Shown one piece after another: positions 42,206 through 51,083 of a DNA stretch of 64,000 nt. The position numbers and the translations under genes are program-made. Where the stretch lies: IMG/VR virus record IMGVR_UViG_3300050343_000117, positions 73,472-137,471 of that record; one strand, written 5' to 3'. The notes under the pieces were generated by a model. The model was not told where the DNA came from. It did no database searches and saw nothing but the letters and a program-made list of their open reading frames with translations. This DNA is from a virus. How positions within the stretch are numbered: position 1 is the first letter of the stretch; each line of letters begins with the position of its first letter.

Positions 42206-42244
42206 TTTATGTAGCTATTATACCAAATTCTGAACAATAGTCAA
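42206..42244 (-). promoter_or_regulatory. repeated early promoter, copy 2
   Basis: TTGACT-16 nt-TATAAT-AGCTACATAAA. Confidence 0.75.
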
Positions 42245-42255
42245 CACTTTTTTAG

Positions 42256-42450
42256 CTATTTCTTAGACCGATTTGATATAAGGATATTCCAAAAAGTTCT
42301 TAACCAACCGCCCTCTTCCCACATCAACGGGATGTGCTCTCCCAGTGTTTTCTCTTCTTCCATGTGTAGGTTGACGTATAACAGCAAAGCGAGGAACCCA
42401 AACAAACCAAAACCAATTATGTCGTAAACCTGTTCCATCACTCCACCCAT
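42256..42450 (-). CDS. small membrane protein
   Basis: One TM segment. Confidence 0.5.
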   Translation of the reverse strand: MGGVMEQVYDIIGFGLFGFLALLLYVNLHMEEEKTLGEHIPLMWEEGGWLRTFWNILISNRSKK

Positions 42451-42674
42451 ATATGGTTATAGCGCTCAGGTAGATTCTGACAGGTATACTTGTCATCCTC
42501 TCTGTAGTTGAAAACGTCAACACACTCATTAGTGCTATTACTCACAAGCACATCGGGTAGGTCGATAACATTTTGCATTAGATTCACCCACAATGCGAAC
42601 ATAAGTCCGAAGGTTAATCCAAATACGATAGACTTAAACTTTTCCATATTAGATAACATAATTATTCCTCTCAA
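42438..42674 (-). CDS. small membrane protein
   Basis: TM segment then LPDVLVSNSTNECV...C..LPERYNHIWV. Confidence 0.6.
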   Translation of the reverse strand: MRGIIMLSNMEKFKSIVFGLTFGLMFALWVNLMQNVIDLPDVLVSNSTNECVDVFNYREDDKYTCQNLPERYNHIWVE

Positions 42675-43297
42675 GCGACAATTTTTATAGGGGCACGGTC
42701 AACTGCTTTCAACCATGCTTCAGGCGATTTAATGATAGGTCTGGAAACTCGTAACTTTTTTTCACGGAAACATTTCTTCAACGCCTTAGCTTCCTCGCGG
42801 CCTAGAAATCTTGAGACCAATCGAATCAGGCACTCACGGAATCGGTAGTCATGTTTACCAAATCCAGCAGCATGTGCGAGTTCATGTAAGACAACGTACT
42901 TGTTCATGCCACTCTCACTCAATCGAATTAGTTCCCTATAGCAGACTCCGGATAAAGAGTTCGATCTCATCTGTTCTATCCGGACAGTCTTACATGCAGA
43001 TCTCAGTCCAATCGCTGGATCATTTTTATGATTGAAATTCTCCCACAATTTAGATTTTAGTACACGTTTTGCAAACGTCCGACACTCTTTTAATGTGAGT
43101 TCTTTTGTTACGTGAGGATAGTTGGCTTCGAATTTCCATTCTGCATCATAAGTCTTGCTCCTCTCAGAATCTTTCCATCCATGAGAATTCTTTCGAACTG
43201 CATACTGATAATACTTGTATGCGATTTCTTCATCCATCACTTTGATAGCATCAGTGTAGTAGTGACGATACTTTTCATTCCAAATTCGGTAACCCAT
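42671..43297 (-). CDS. HExxH metallohydrolase-like protein
   Basis: YVVLHELAHAAGFGKHDYRF. Confidence 0.7.
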   Translation of the reverse strand: MGYRIWNEKYRHYYTDAIKVMDEEIAYKYYQYAVRKNSHGWKDSERSKTYDAEWKFEANYPHVTKELTLKECRTFAKRVLKSKLWENFNHKNDPAIGLRSACKTVRIEQMRSNSLSGVCYRELIRLSESGMNKYVVLHELAHAAGFGKHDYRFRECLIRLVSRFLGREEAKALKKCFREKKLRVSRPIIKSPEAWLKAVDRAPIKIVA

Positions 43298-43320
43298 AAT
43301 ATTCTCTTTCCTTCTTTGAC

Positions 43321-43363
43321 TTTATGTAGCTATTATACCACAGTGAGTATTAGAGTCAAGGGC
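43321..43363 (-). promoter_or_regulatory. repeated early promoter, copy 3
   Basis: GCCC-TTGACT-16 nt-TATAAT-AGCTACATAAA. Confidence 0.75.
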
Positions 43364-43714
43364 CTATGTGACCTTTTTTCTCTTAGAAGGCGCCTTTTTC
43401 TTGACCGGAGTTTTCTTTTTGGTCACGGCAGGTTTTTTGGCTGCGACAGTTTTACGCGGCTTCCTTTTGGGTTTGACCGCAGTTTTCTTCGGCATCACAA
43501 ATTCTTTTCGAAGGAACTCATTCACAGAAAGACCGCAGTTTCTCAACTCCTTTTGGAAACGAGTGATATCTTCCATCCACCACCCGTGTGGAGTTTCTAA
43601 GAACTGACCGTAGTGGTCCATGATTTCATTAGCGAGTCGGTTGCACTCTTCGGTGTCCTTGTCGTAAAGGTACCGGACCTTTCGGTCATAATTCAGTTTG
43701 ACGATCTTAGGCAT
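43364..43714 (-). CDS. protein with Lys/Pro/Ala-rich histone-H1-like tail
   Basis: PKKTAVKPKRKPRKTVAAKKPAVTKKKTPVKKKAPSKRKK. Confidence 0.65.
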   Translation of the reverse strand: MPKIVKLNYDRKVRYLYDKDTEECNRLANEIMDHYGQFLETPHGWWMEDITRFQKELRNCGLSVNEFLRKEFVMPKKTAVKPKRKPRKTVAAKKPAVTKKKTPVKKKAPSKRKKVT

Positions 43715-43723
43715 TGTCTCTCC

Positions 43724-43945
43724 CTAGATTAGTTTGTAGACTTTCTTCATGGTGTACTCACGAGCAGACGCAAACGGTGCCTCGAACCAATCTGAGGAAC
43801 CCATCACTTGAGGAGCAATACCATACTTCAAATATGCATTGACCAACTCAGCAACGTTGTTCGATTCGCACACGGGACGCATCTCATGTTCATCGTAAAG
43901 ACGAATCTCAGAACCGTCTTCGGTACAAGAAATATAATCAATCAT
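43724..43945 (-). CDS. hypothetical protein
   Basis: Coupled small ORF with GGAG RBS. Confidence 0.55.
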   Translation of the reverse strand: MIDYISCTEDGSEIRLYDEHEMRPVCESNNVAELVNAYLKYGIAPQVMGSSDWFEAPFASAREYTMKKVYKLI

Positions 43946-44412
43946 GCGACTTCTCCAAAAAAGATTCCAATAGGTGAACCGTTAGGACTACGGTAACCAC
44001 ACTCTCGAATTTCATCAACTAGGACTTCTTGACGTTGCCCGTCGTCCCATTTAATCTCGACAGTGTCGCGACCAATTAGACGGTCGATTAGACCGTGTGA
44101 GATAGGATACATGGCACCCCACATACCTTCAACTTTTTGACCAATCAAATTCATGCGGCTTTCTCCGATAAATGCATAGCGAGGGTTCTTACAAAACATT
44201 CCGACTTCGTCGAAACCCATCAAGCAAAAACCGTCTAACGGATCGGTACCTGCTTCGTATTCGACTAAGTCGAAACCAGCGCGGAATGTTCTAACGTCTT
44301 TGATGTCTACTGGGATAACTGTCATGGCGACATCGTACTCTTCCTGTGTTAGGAAGGTAGCGTCTTCGTTGGTTTCTGTGTTGTCTGTCCAGTTCTCATT
44401 AGTCATAATCAA
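43942..44412 (-). CDS. hypothetical protein (possibly two small genes)
   Basis: Follows a repeated promoter; internal GGAG plus ATG near 44154. Confidence 0.5.
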   Translation of the reverse strand: MIMTNENWTDNTETNEDATFLTQEEYDVAMTVIPVDIKDVRTFRAGFDLVEYEAGTDPLDGFCLMGFDEVGMFCKNPRYAFIGESRMNLIGQKVEGMWGAMYPISHGLIDRLIGRDTVEIKWDDGQRQEVLVDEIRECGYRSPNGSPIGIFFGEVA

Positions 44413-44429
44413 ATCTCTCTCTTCATTAA

Positions 44430-44473
44430 TTTATGTAGCTATTATAGCATATTGAGAGATAAAACGCAAGGGC
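44430..44473 (-). promoter_or_regulatory. repeated early promoter, copy 4
   Basis: GCCC-TTGCGT-17 nt-TATAAT-AGCTACATAAA. Confidence 0.75.
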
Positions 44474-44614
44474 GTTAGCCAAAATAAATGGCTTATTTTT
44501 AGAACTTTTTGGCATAAGGATATAACTTTTTCGTATAAGGGACGAAAAAAATAGGGGAGTCGTCCACGTACCTATCAGTCGGAATCTTCGAAAGACCAAC
44601 TCCCCTCCAAACTA

Positions 44615-45076
44615 TTAACTGGCGAATCCAGTACCGTCACACATGTAACAGTCTTCATCACCATAGTCATCGTACCCATAACCTGAACACTCTTGGCATG
44701 TCTCATCGAGATCGTCTTCAGAGTAGTCGAACATATCCTCAATGTTCTCCATTACCATCAACTGAGGATTGAAGGTCACCATCTTAGTGGTCATCTCCAC
44801 GATGCGATCGATGGCAACATGGAACAGGTCGTTCTCATACTTACCTTCATAGAGTCGACCCGTCGTGTAGGGTAGGACGTACTCAAACAACTCCTTATCG
44901 ATCGCGCTTTTCTCGCGTAGGAACTTTAGGGCACCGGACGTATTGTTACCCATACCGTTGTTATAGAAGTCGTATTGCAGACGACCAGCCGCGCGGATCA
45001 TCTCACCAGCGACAGTGTCACACTTGCCTTCGTTAGGTACCAACTCTGCAAAGATTCGTTTAAACGTAGCGCTCAT
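44615..45076 (-). CDS. hypothetical protein with C-terminal DnaJ-type zinc finger
   Basis: LVPNEGKCDTVAGEMIRA...YDFYNNG; CQECSGYG...CYMCDGTG. Confidence 0.7.
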   Translation of the reverse strand: MSATFKRIFAELVPNEGKCDTVAGEMIRAAGRLQYDFYNNGMGNNTSGALKFLREKSAIDKELFEYVLPYTTGRLYEGKYENDLFHVAIDRIVEMTTKMVTFNPQLMVMENIEDMFDYSEDDLDETCQECSGYGYDDYGDEDCYMCDGTGFAS

Positions 45077-45193
45077 AATATACTCCTCAAAAAATGTAAG
45101 GTTGGACAGGGTGGCCAGAAGACAAGACGTAACCAGAGTATAAGAATCCCCAAATCACAACTTGACCAAAAACAAACTCAGCTAACTGACTCA

Positions 45194-45382
45194 TTACGCA
45201 TACTCCTCTTGATACTCATCGTAAGTTAAATATATGTCGGTAGTAGGATTAAGGTAAGCACCTTCTCGAACATCATAATACAGAACACGCTGACCATCAT
45301 AGAAGAATGGACCTTCAAGTCCAACCCGCTCTTGATACTGCTCTCGAAACTCTGGAGTGATGTTTAAAACGCGATAACCCAT
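45194..45382 (-). CDS. small hypothetical protein
   Basis: GLEGPFF...VLYYDVREGAYL; GAGGA RBS. Confidence 0.65.
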   Translation of the reverse strand: MGYRVLNITPEFREQYQERVGLEGPFFYDGQRVLYYDVREGAYLNPTTDIYLTYDEYQEEYA

Positions 45383-45401
45383 GAAACTTCCTCAACTCGA
45401 C

Positions 45402-45445
45402 TTTATGTAGCTATTGTACCTGTTTTTGAAAGAAGTGTCAAGGGC
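45402..45445 (-). promoter_or_regulatory. repeated early promoter, copy 5
   Basis: GCCC-TTGACA-17 nt-TACAAT-AGCTACATAAA. Confidence 0.8.
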
Positions 45446-45488
45446 ATATGCTAAAATAATGCCAAATTAATTTTGGTAATATTTACAA

Positions 45489-46007
45489 TCATTCGATCAT
45501 ATCGACGAACTCATCAATATGCATATATCTCAAGGTGACGCCTTTCCTTGCACATCTCTCGATCCACTTATCGGCATCAACTTGTATATTTGTTAACTTA
45601 CGACGACCTTTAATACCTAGCGATAATAGATTATGATGATCGATTAAGATAATGACATGGTCTCCATAACAACCTGCTTCAGCGTTACAGAAATGATGGT
45701 CTAACTTGTCGGTGTGGGAACCGAAATCACTTAACTGCTTGAGTTCAAGCCAGTAAGGAGTATCGTCTAATGCGACTCTGAAGTCACCCTTTCTATTAGA
45801 GGTACCTTTATAGTCGGTGTATCGAGGTTGCTTTTCATAAGGGATGAGATGAGATTTTAACACGTCTTCGAAACGATCTTCAAATTCCCTACCTGCTTTA
45901 GATCCTCGTCCACCAGCAGTTAGTGAAGCGGCACTTGATCTCGCCACCACCCACTGCATGGTTTCTAGATTTAATACGGGTGTTTCTTGCTGTGTTGATA
46001 CTTTCAT
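45489..46007 (-). CDS. PD-(D/E)xK endonuclease-like protein
   Basis: GREFE...KGDF...WLELKQ...GSHTDKL. Confidence 0.7.
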   Translation of the reverse strand: MKVSTQQETPVLNLETMQWVVARSSAASLTAGGRGSKAGREFEDRFEDVLKSHLIPYEKQPRYTDYKGTSNRKGDFRVALDDTPYWLELKQLSDFGSHTDKLDHHFCNAEAGCYGDHVIILIDHHNLLSLGIKGRRKLTNIQVDADKWIERCARKGVTLRYMHIDEFVDMIE

Positions 46008-46094
46008 ATTATATTACCTTTGGTTATGGGTTATGAGAACACTGGCATATCGCACGGGCCCTCATTTAGAAAATAGTTAAATTGTTTTGTCGTA

Positions 46095-46817
46095 TTATTT
46101 TATAGCGATGGCGCCCACAAAGAGATGGTTCTGCCAGAAGGGTTGAATCTTGGTAGCACAGAATCCAGCAGTCATACAGAGTGAATGTAGGTCATTCCAA
46201 GTTGAACACTTCATCATAGAGCGGAGTTCACGTTCCTTAGATAACAAATCATCTGCAGCGAAGTTCTTAGACTTGTGGTCGTAGAACTGGAAGGTCATAA
46301 TTTCTTGAAGGCGAGCATCCCTTGCCATAGTCTTCTCTGCAAAGATGAATGCGCCACCTGTGTTCAGACCGTGATAGATCTTCTTTACCAAGTCACGTCG
46401 TGAACGTGGTGGCATGAACTGTAGAGTGAACAGAGAAGTAATAAGAGAGCAATTAGCGAATGATGCATTACGAACGTCCATATTATGAAAGTCTACATCA
46501 CCAAGATTCTCTATATCAATCTGCTTGTGACGAGCATTCATATCATCAACAAATCCGGATGCGTACTCAATACCAGAGTAATGTGCTAGAGGTGCGAATC
46601 GATTGTTCTGTTTCATCATTTCGTAGATAGTCTTACCCGTCGAACAACCGATGTCGACAACGTCAGTTAGATCCTCGACAAAGTATTCAGACAATTTAAT
46701 AACATCTGAATGTAGATTATTGTAACCACGAATCGAGTTTTCGATGTGATTATCGAATCCTTCCTCACGGTGGGCGAAACTAAAATCTGGTTTGTGGTAA
46801 CTCTCTCTATCTTTCAT
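46095..46817 (-). CDS. cmoA: carboxy-SAM synthase-like protein
   Basis: FDNHIENSIRGY, DIGCSTG, LFTLQF, KIYHGLNTGGAFIFAEK, AGF...FWQ..F..AIAIK. Confidence 0.75.
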   Translation of the reverse strand: MKDRESYHKPDFSFAHREEGFDNHIENSIRGYNNLHSDVIKLSEYFVEDLTDVVDIGCSTGKTIYEMMKQNNRFAPLAHYSGIEYASGFVDDMNARHKQIDIENLGDVDFHNMDVRNASFANCSLITSLFTLQFMPPRSRRDLVKKIYHGLNTGGAFIFAEKTMARDARLQEIMTFQFYDHKSKNFAADDLLSKERELRSMMKCSTWNDLHSLCMTAGFCATKIQPFWQNHLFVGAIAIK

Positions 46818-47955
46818 TGTACACCTTCAATACGTTCTCATAGACTGACTCAGCAATCTGTTTCATCATCAATGGTGGAACCATACGACCGATACGCTCT
46901 GCCTTCTGATTCCATTTACCCGTCAGTTTAAAGTCATCGGGAAGTGACATTATACGCTTTAATTCCCCTAGTGTCAACTTGCGAGACTCAGACCAGTGAA
47001 ATGCACCAGCGGTTGTATCCCCGTTACCCATTGCAGTCAATGTAGGTGCAGGCACCTCCAGAGACACACGCTTGAGATTGAAGTGATGACCCTTCGGATG
47101 ATAATCTCCACCAGTCAAAACCTTTTCGGGAAACCTTGGCATTAGAGATCCGGTTTGTTTCCAGTACGCGGTCCTCTCAAACTTCTCCGTCAGATACTTA
47201 ACTTCTTCTTCGTCATACTCCAGACCGACCAAAGCATCTTTGAGTGGTATGGCAGTTCTTGCTGGTTCTGGAAACAAGTGATTCATGGTCAAGAAGTTTA
47301 GACCAACTTCATCCGCAACGTCCTGACGTACTGCAATAAAGATCACACGAGTACGTGTCTGTGATACACCATAGTAGCGAGAGTCCATGACTTCAGATAC
47401 CACTTCATATCCAATGTTCTCGAATTCATTGAGGATACGATTGTAATACTCTTTTGCCTCACCGATTGTGAGACCCTTTACGTTCTCTGCAACGATAACT
47501 TTGGGTTGAATATCGTTCGCCACACGTAGGAACTCAAAGAATAGGTCTTCGATGTTTTCCACAATCTTACCATCGCTGTAGGACTTAGTTTGACCCCAAC
47601 CGTCAGAGTGTTTGCCGTCAGATGAATGAGACAGTTTACCCGCGACAGAGAATGCAGAGCATGGAGGCGAACCGTCGAGGATATCCAACTCGCCCTTCTC
47701 CAGACCAACGAGGTCCAGAAAGTCTTGACCCGTGAGTTCTTTGATATCATTAGGGACGATAGGGGTGTCTGGATAGTTTTCTTTGTACGTGACTCGTGCC
47801 TCTTCGACAAACTCATTGATGGCGAGAATGTCCGCACCCGCAAGGCGGTAACCTGTAGAAGATCCACCGCCTCCCGCGAACGTAGAAACGACTTTGAACT
47901 TTTTCTGGGATGCCGCGTCATAGACATCTTGTAAATTGTATGGTTTATAACTCAT
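46807..47955 (-). CDS. C5 DNA cytosine methyltransferase family; putative carboxymethyltransferase
   Basis: FAGGGG (motif I), GSPPC (IV), ENVKG (VI), QTRTRV (VIII); motif X reads IGRMVPP rather than GN(A/S)V. Confidence 0.85.
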   Translation of the reverse strand: MSYKPYNLQDVYDAASQKKFKVVSTFAGGGGSSTGYRLAGADILAINEFVEEARVTYKENYPDTPIVPNDIKELTGQDFLDLVGLEKGELDILDGSPPCSAFSVAGKLSHSSDGKHSDGWGQTKSYSDGKIVENIEDLFFEFLRVANDIQPKVIVAENVKGLTIGEAKEYYNRILNEFENIGYEVVSEVMDSRYYGVSQTRTRVIFIAVRQDVADEVGLNFLTMNHLFPEPARTAIPLKDALVGLEYDEEEVKYLTEKFERTAYWKQTGSLMPRFPEKVLTGGDYHPKGHHFNLKRVSLEVPAPTLTAMGNGDTTAGAFHWSESRKLTLGELKRIMSLPDDFKLTGKWNQKAERIGRMVPPLMMKQIAESVYENVLKVYNER

Positions 47956-47980
47956 AATATACCTTCACTTATTAATAGAC

Positions 47981-48009
47981 ATTATACATTATATAGCATT
48001 GTCTGTCAA
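47981..48009 (-). promoter_or_regulatory. sigma70-type promoter of the MTase-cmoA pair
   Basis: TTGACA-17 nt-TATAAT. Confidence 0.75.
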
Positions 48010-48872
48010 GTGATAAAATCAGATAGGTCAGACACAAAGGTTTGTTCATAGTGATCACGACATAGGTCCATGACCCTGTTTCGTCGTTTCCAATTGATGT
48101 CATTGTCAAGCAACAAAGTCTCAAACAGTTTGTCTATTTGAGAACCCAATTGTAAATTGATATGGGGTTTGACTTTACCAAACAGATTCTCGATATCGTA
48201 TTCGGTACGGATGATATTCTTTTGTTGAGGCGTATTCAGTTCTTGCCATGAGAACTGCATAAGATAGTCACGGACTCGCTGATCACCCCACGGAGCAACA
48301 TGGACCTTACCGTACATATCCGCAACTTTGTTGTGGGTCGCAATACCAGCACAGTGTCCATTGAGATATGCTTCACGAAACTCATTCCAGTTGACGCGTT
48401 TGTCTCCACTCTCTTTACACCACTTCACATAGTTACGCTTCTTTTTAAAAGAAGAGTACCGTTGAGTTGCTTTACGAGACGCACCAAAGTATGCATCTGC
48501 GACCCATCCAGTGAGCGAATACTTTTCGACCATGGCGTCATAGACATAAAGAAAAGGATATGCGGCCGCCTCGAACTCAGACTTTTTACGACAACCTAGT
48601 TCGACCAGTCGTTGGAAGTCTTGTTTAATGTTGGCGGTTGGTATAATGACCGGAGTGAATTCCCACCCCATAGTATCTGCTACGTCACGTGCCTTGACAA
48701 AGTCATAGGACTCATGACTGTCCAGAGTGAAACTGTATGCGTGGACCTTGCGTCCAGCATCCTGAGCACTGATACCTACAGATATAGAATCGACACCGCC
48801 GGACAGTAGTAGTCCGACAGTGCCGTGGTTGACATGAGTGTCAATGTGATCAGTAATAAAGTCTCGTATCAT
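48006..48872 (-). CDS. asparagine-synthetase-like ATP pyrophosphatase / amide ligase, no glutaminase domain
   Basis: PP-loop LLLSGGVDS, LTGWVADAYFG, APW.D..V, QKNIIR. Confidence 0.75.
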   Translation of the reverse strand: MIRDFITDHIDTHVNHGTVGLLLSGGVDSISVGISAQDAGRKVHAYSFTLDSHESYDFVKARDVADTMGWEFTPVIIPTANIKQDFQRLVELGCRKKSEFEAAAYPFLYVYDAMVEKYSLTGWVADAYFGASRKATQRYSSFKKKRNYVKWCKESGDKRVNWNEFREAYLNGHCAGIATHNKVADMYGKVHVAPWGDQRVRDYLMQFSWQELNTPQQKNIIRTEYDIENLFGKVKPHINLQLGSQIDKLFETLLLDNDINWKRRNRVMDLCRDHYEQTFVSDLSDFIT

Positions 48873-50256
48873 GCAGCATTATTTAGGAGCGATGCCTTGT
48901 ACTCATTCAAGTCCATAGAACCCATCTCCTTATTATATTCAGCACGAACCATTGCAAGGTTACTGTATACAGTAAGACCGCCGTTAGTGTGTGCGACTAT
49001 GTGTGCAGCATGTGCGTCTTGCATATTTAACTTTCGACCATCAATAGCACACTTGAAGTTTTGCTCAGACAACTTTGCTTCACGATCTACAATAGAGAAG
49101 TTTCGACGAGGGTCCCTGATAGTAATCAAGGACTCTAGGTCAGGCATCTCTCGTATTAGATATGTGATTGCCCTTGTCACCTTCTTAGTATCCCAAGGTG
49201 CAGCAATGTACTTTGTATACATCGTAGGAACGTTGTAACCAGAATTGCCGGGGTACTAGTTCTTTCTTAAACGGACCTTCTTGGTTTTTCAGTGCTTGGT
49301 TTGCTCGATTATATGCAAGGAAAAAATCTTCATAGTTATCAATACGGAAATTGTCGTAAGTGTCTTGAAGGTAGAAGTACAAGTAAGACAAAACCTTAGC
49401 ATCATGCTGACTCAAACCCTTTCCGTTAAAGCGAGGCTTTCTATATACAGCAATCTTGCGTAAGAACTCGCAGTGGTCGTAGACATTATCAGCAATCTTA
49501 GAGATCGCTTTATTGTCAATATTACTATCCTCGTACATATCCTTTAACTCTTTATCGTGAGAACCACCCAGCAGTCCAGTTGGGTGTACAAGGTAACGAT
49601 GTACGAGACGTGCCAAGAAGTGATCTTGCATCAAACGGTTGTTATCAAAGCTGAGGTAGGAATAGTTTGCTTTCTTTTCATCAGCGCTCAGATTAAACTT
49701 GAATAGGTCGTGAAATTCATTCTCGATTCCTGAGACGCTTTCTCACAGTCTCGCGGACAAAGTTAGCGATAGGAGTATCACCATAGGAGTTCAGCATCTC
49801 GATAAAGTTAACGTCTGTAGTCTTGTTTAGAGTACGGAAGATGTGTCCTTTAGTCTCAGAGTCCAACTCATTATATATCGCAAATGATAGTTCGATATCC
49901 AGAAAAGTATTCTGCTCTTCGATAGGTAGGTCAGAGAAAAAAGAACCTTTCACCTTGAATTTATTGTTTAGGTAGTCCCACAAATTTCGCTTGCGGTGAC
50001 CTCCATCGATGGACTCAAAATCGTGCTTTACGGTACTTGCGATAGCACGTCGAGCTTTTCGATTAAGCTTCATAACGGTTATCTTACCGATATCATAGCC
50101 ATCGATAAGGGTTTCGATGATACCAATACCCTTCTCATTATTCTTAGAAAAGACTGGAAGTCGTTGACCGACTGGTTGACAGTCGATAGACCAGTACATA
50201 GTGTCTTTGAACTTGCGGATTGTTACGGATGTGTTTTTATATAAAGATGTAGCCAT
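48869..50256 (-). CDS. DUF262 + HNH protein (GmrSD-like), three pieces joined across indels
   Basis: PVGQR, SIDGGHR, IFRTLN (QR, DGxxR, FxxxN motifs of DUF262); C-terminal CAIDG...AHAAHIVAHTNGGLTVYSNL...YN. Confidence 0.7.
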
Positions 50257-50323
50257 TGTATTGCCCTCCTAGGGACTTAGTTGATGGGCACGGACAAAAG
50301 CGTACTGACCCAATTCATTATGA

Positions 50324-50353
50324 ATGATATCACTATTTGATATCACCTGTCAA
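50324..50353 (-). promoter_or_regulatory. sigma70-type promoter overlapped by two TGATATCA palindromes
   Basis: TTGACAG-GTGATATCA-AATA-GTGATATCA-T. Confidence 0.55.
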
Positions 50354-50598
50354 GTGTTTTGCTCAATTATTTCCTTAATTTGTTTCTTGTTTAACTTCTT
50401 AAACTTACGTCCTTTAGTAGACCAAGATTTCTTAGGCGTATTAAAGAGTTGGAAAACTCCAGTACGACGTGGTACGTAACCGACAAGATCTGTACCTTTA
50501 CTCACGTAGATGTGGTTGGTGATATTTTCCTCACCCCAATCGGTTATCTCTTCGCGCCACAGGAAGTGACACGCTTCTTCAAGACTTATGATATTCAT
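50350..50598 (-). CDS. hypothetical protein
   Basis: EITDW...NHIY...WSTKGRKF. Confidence 0.6.
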   Translation of the reverse strand: MNIISLEEACHFLWREEITDWGEENITNHIYVSKGTDLVGYVPRRTGVFQLFNTPKKSWSTKGRKFKKLNKKQIKEIIEQNT

Positions 50599-50599
50599 A

Positions 50600-50981
50600 T
50601 TAAAACTCCATCGCGAGTTGTTGACCAGCAGAAAGATTGACGACCTTCATCATCTTCATCATGTTGCTGTTCAGATAGTGACGGTCCATTGGGTTAGGAC
50701 CAGTTGCAATGCTGTAGTAGTCAGCGTTACGTAGTGGATCACCCGTAGGCAAGTCACGGTGAACAAACATCACCTCACCTTCTTGAACACCTTTACCATT
50801 TGTAAACTGGATAATCTCACCTACTTCAGCGTAGTCAGAACGACTAGTGAACTCACGCGCACTAGAAACATACAGCGCAGCCGGGTTTGGATAAGACTCC
50901 ATATGATCATATGCGTCTTGGCGAGTCTCGAACGGACCTGCCGCTCTCATGTTTTTGTAGTTTTTCATAACGTAGTACATA
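50600..50981 (-). CDS. hypothetical protein
   Basis: GAGAGAG RBS before MYYVMK; follows a TTGACA...TATAAT promoter. Confidence 0.6.
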
Positions 50982-51083
50982 ATCAACTCTCTCTTTATCA
51001 ATTCAATGTAAACATTATACTTCTTTTAGAAACGTTTGTCAACACTTATTTTGAAAAAAAGATGACTATTTTATGTGAATTAG

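Noticed and set aside
44553-44606. Hammerhead ribozyme (CTGATAG and CGAAA words)
   Set aside because: The core is not CUGANGA and the two words lie on opposite strands
41588-45445. Repeats read as a CRISPR array or integron attC sites
   Set aside because: Spacing is 0.6-1.1 kb with genes between, each copy is a -35/-10 promoter, and no cas gene or integrase is present
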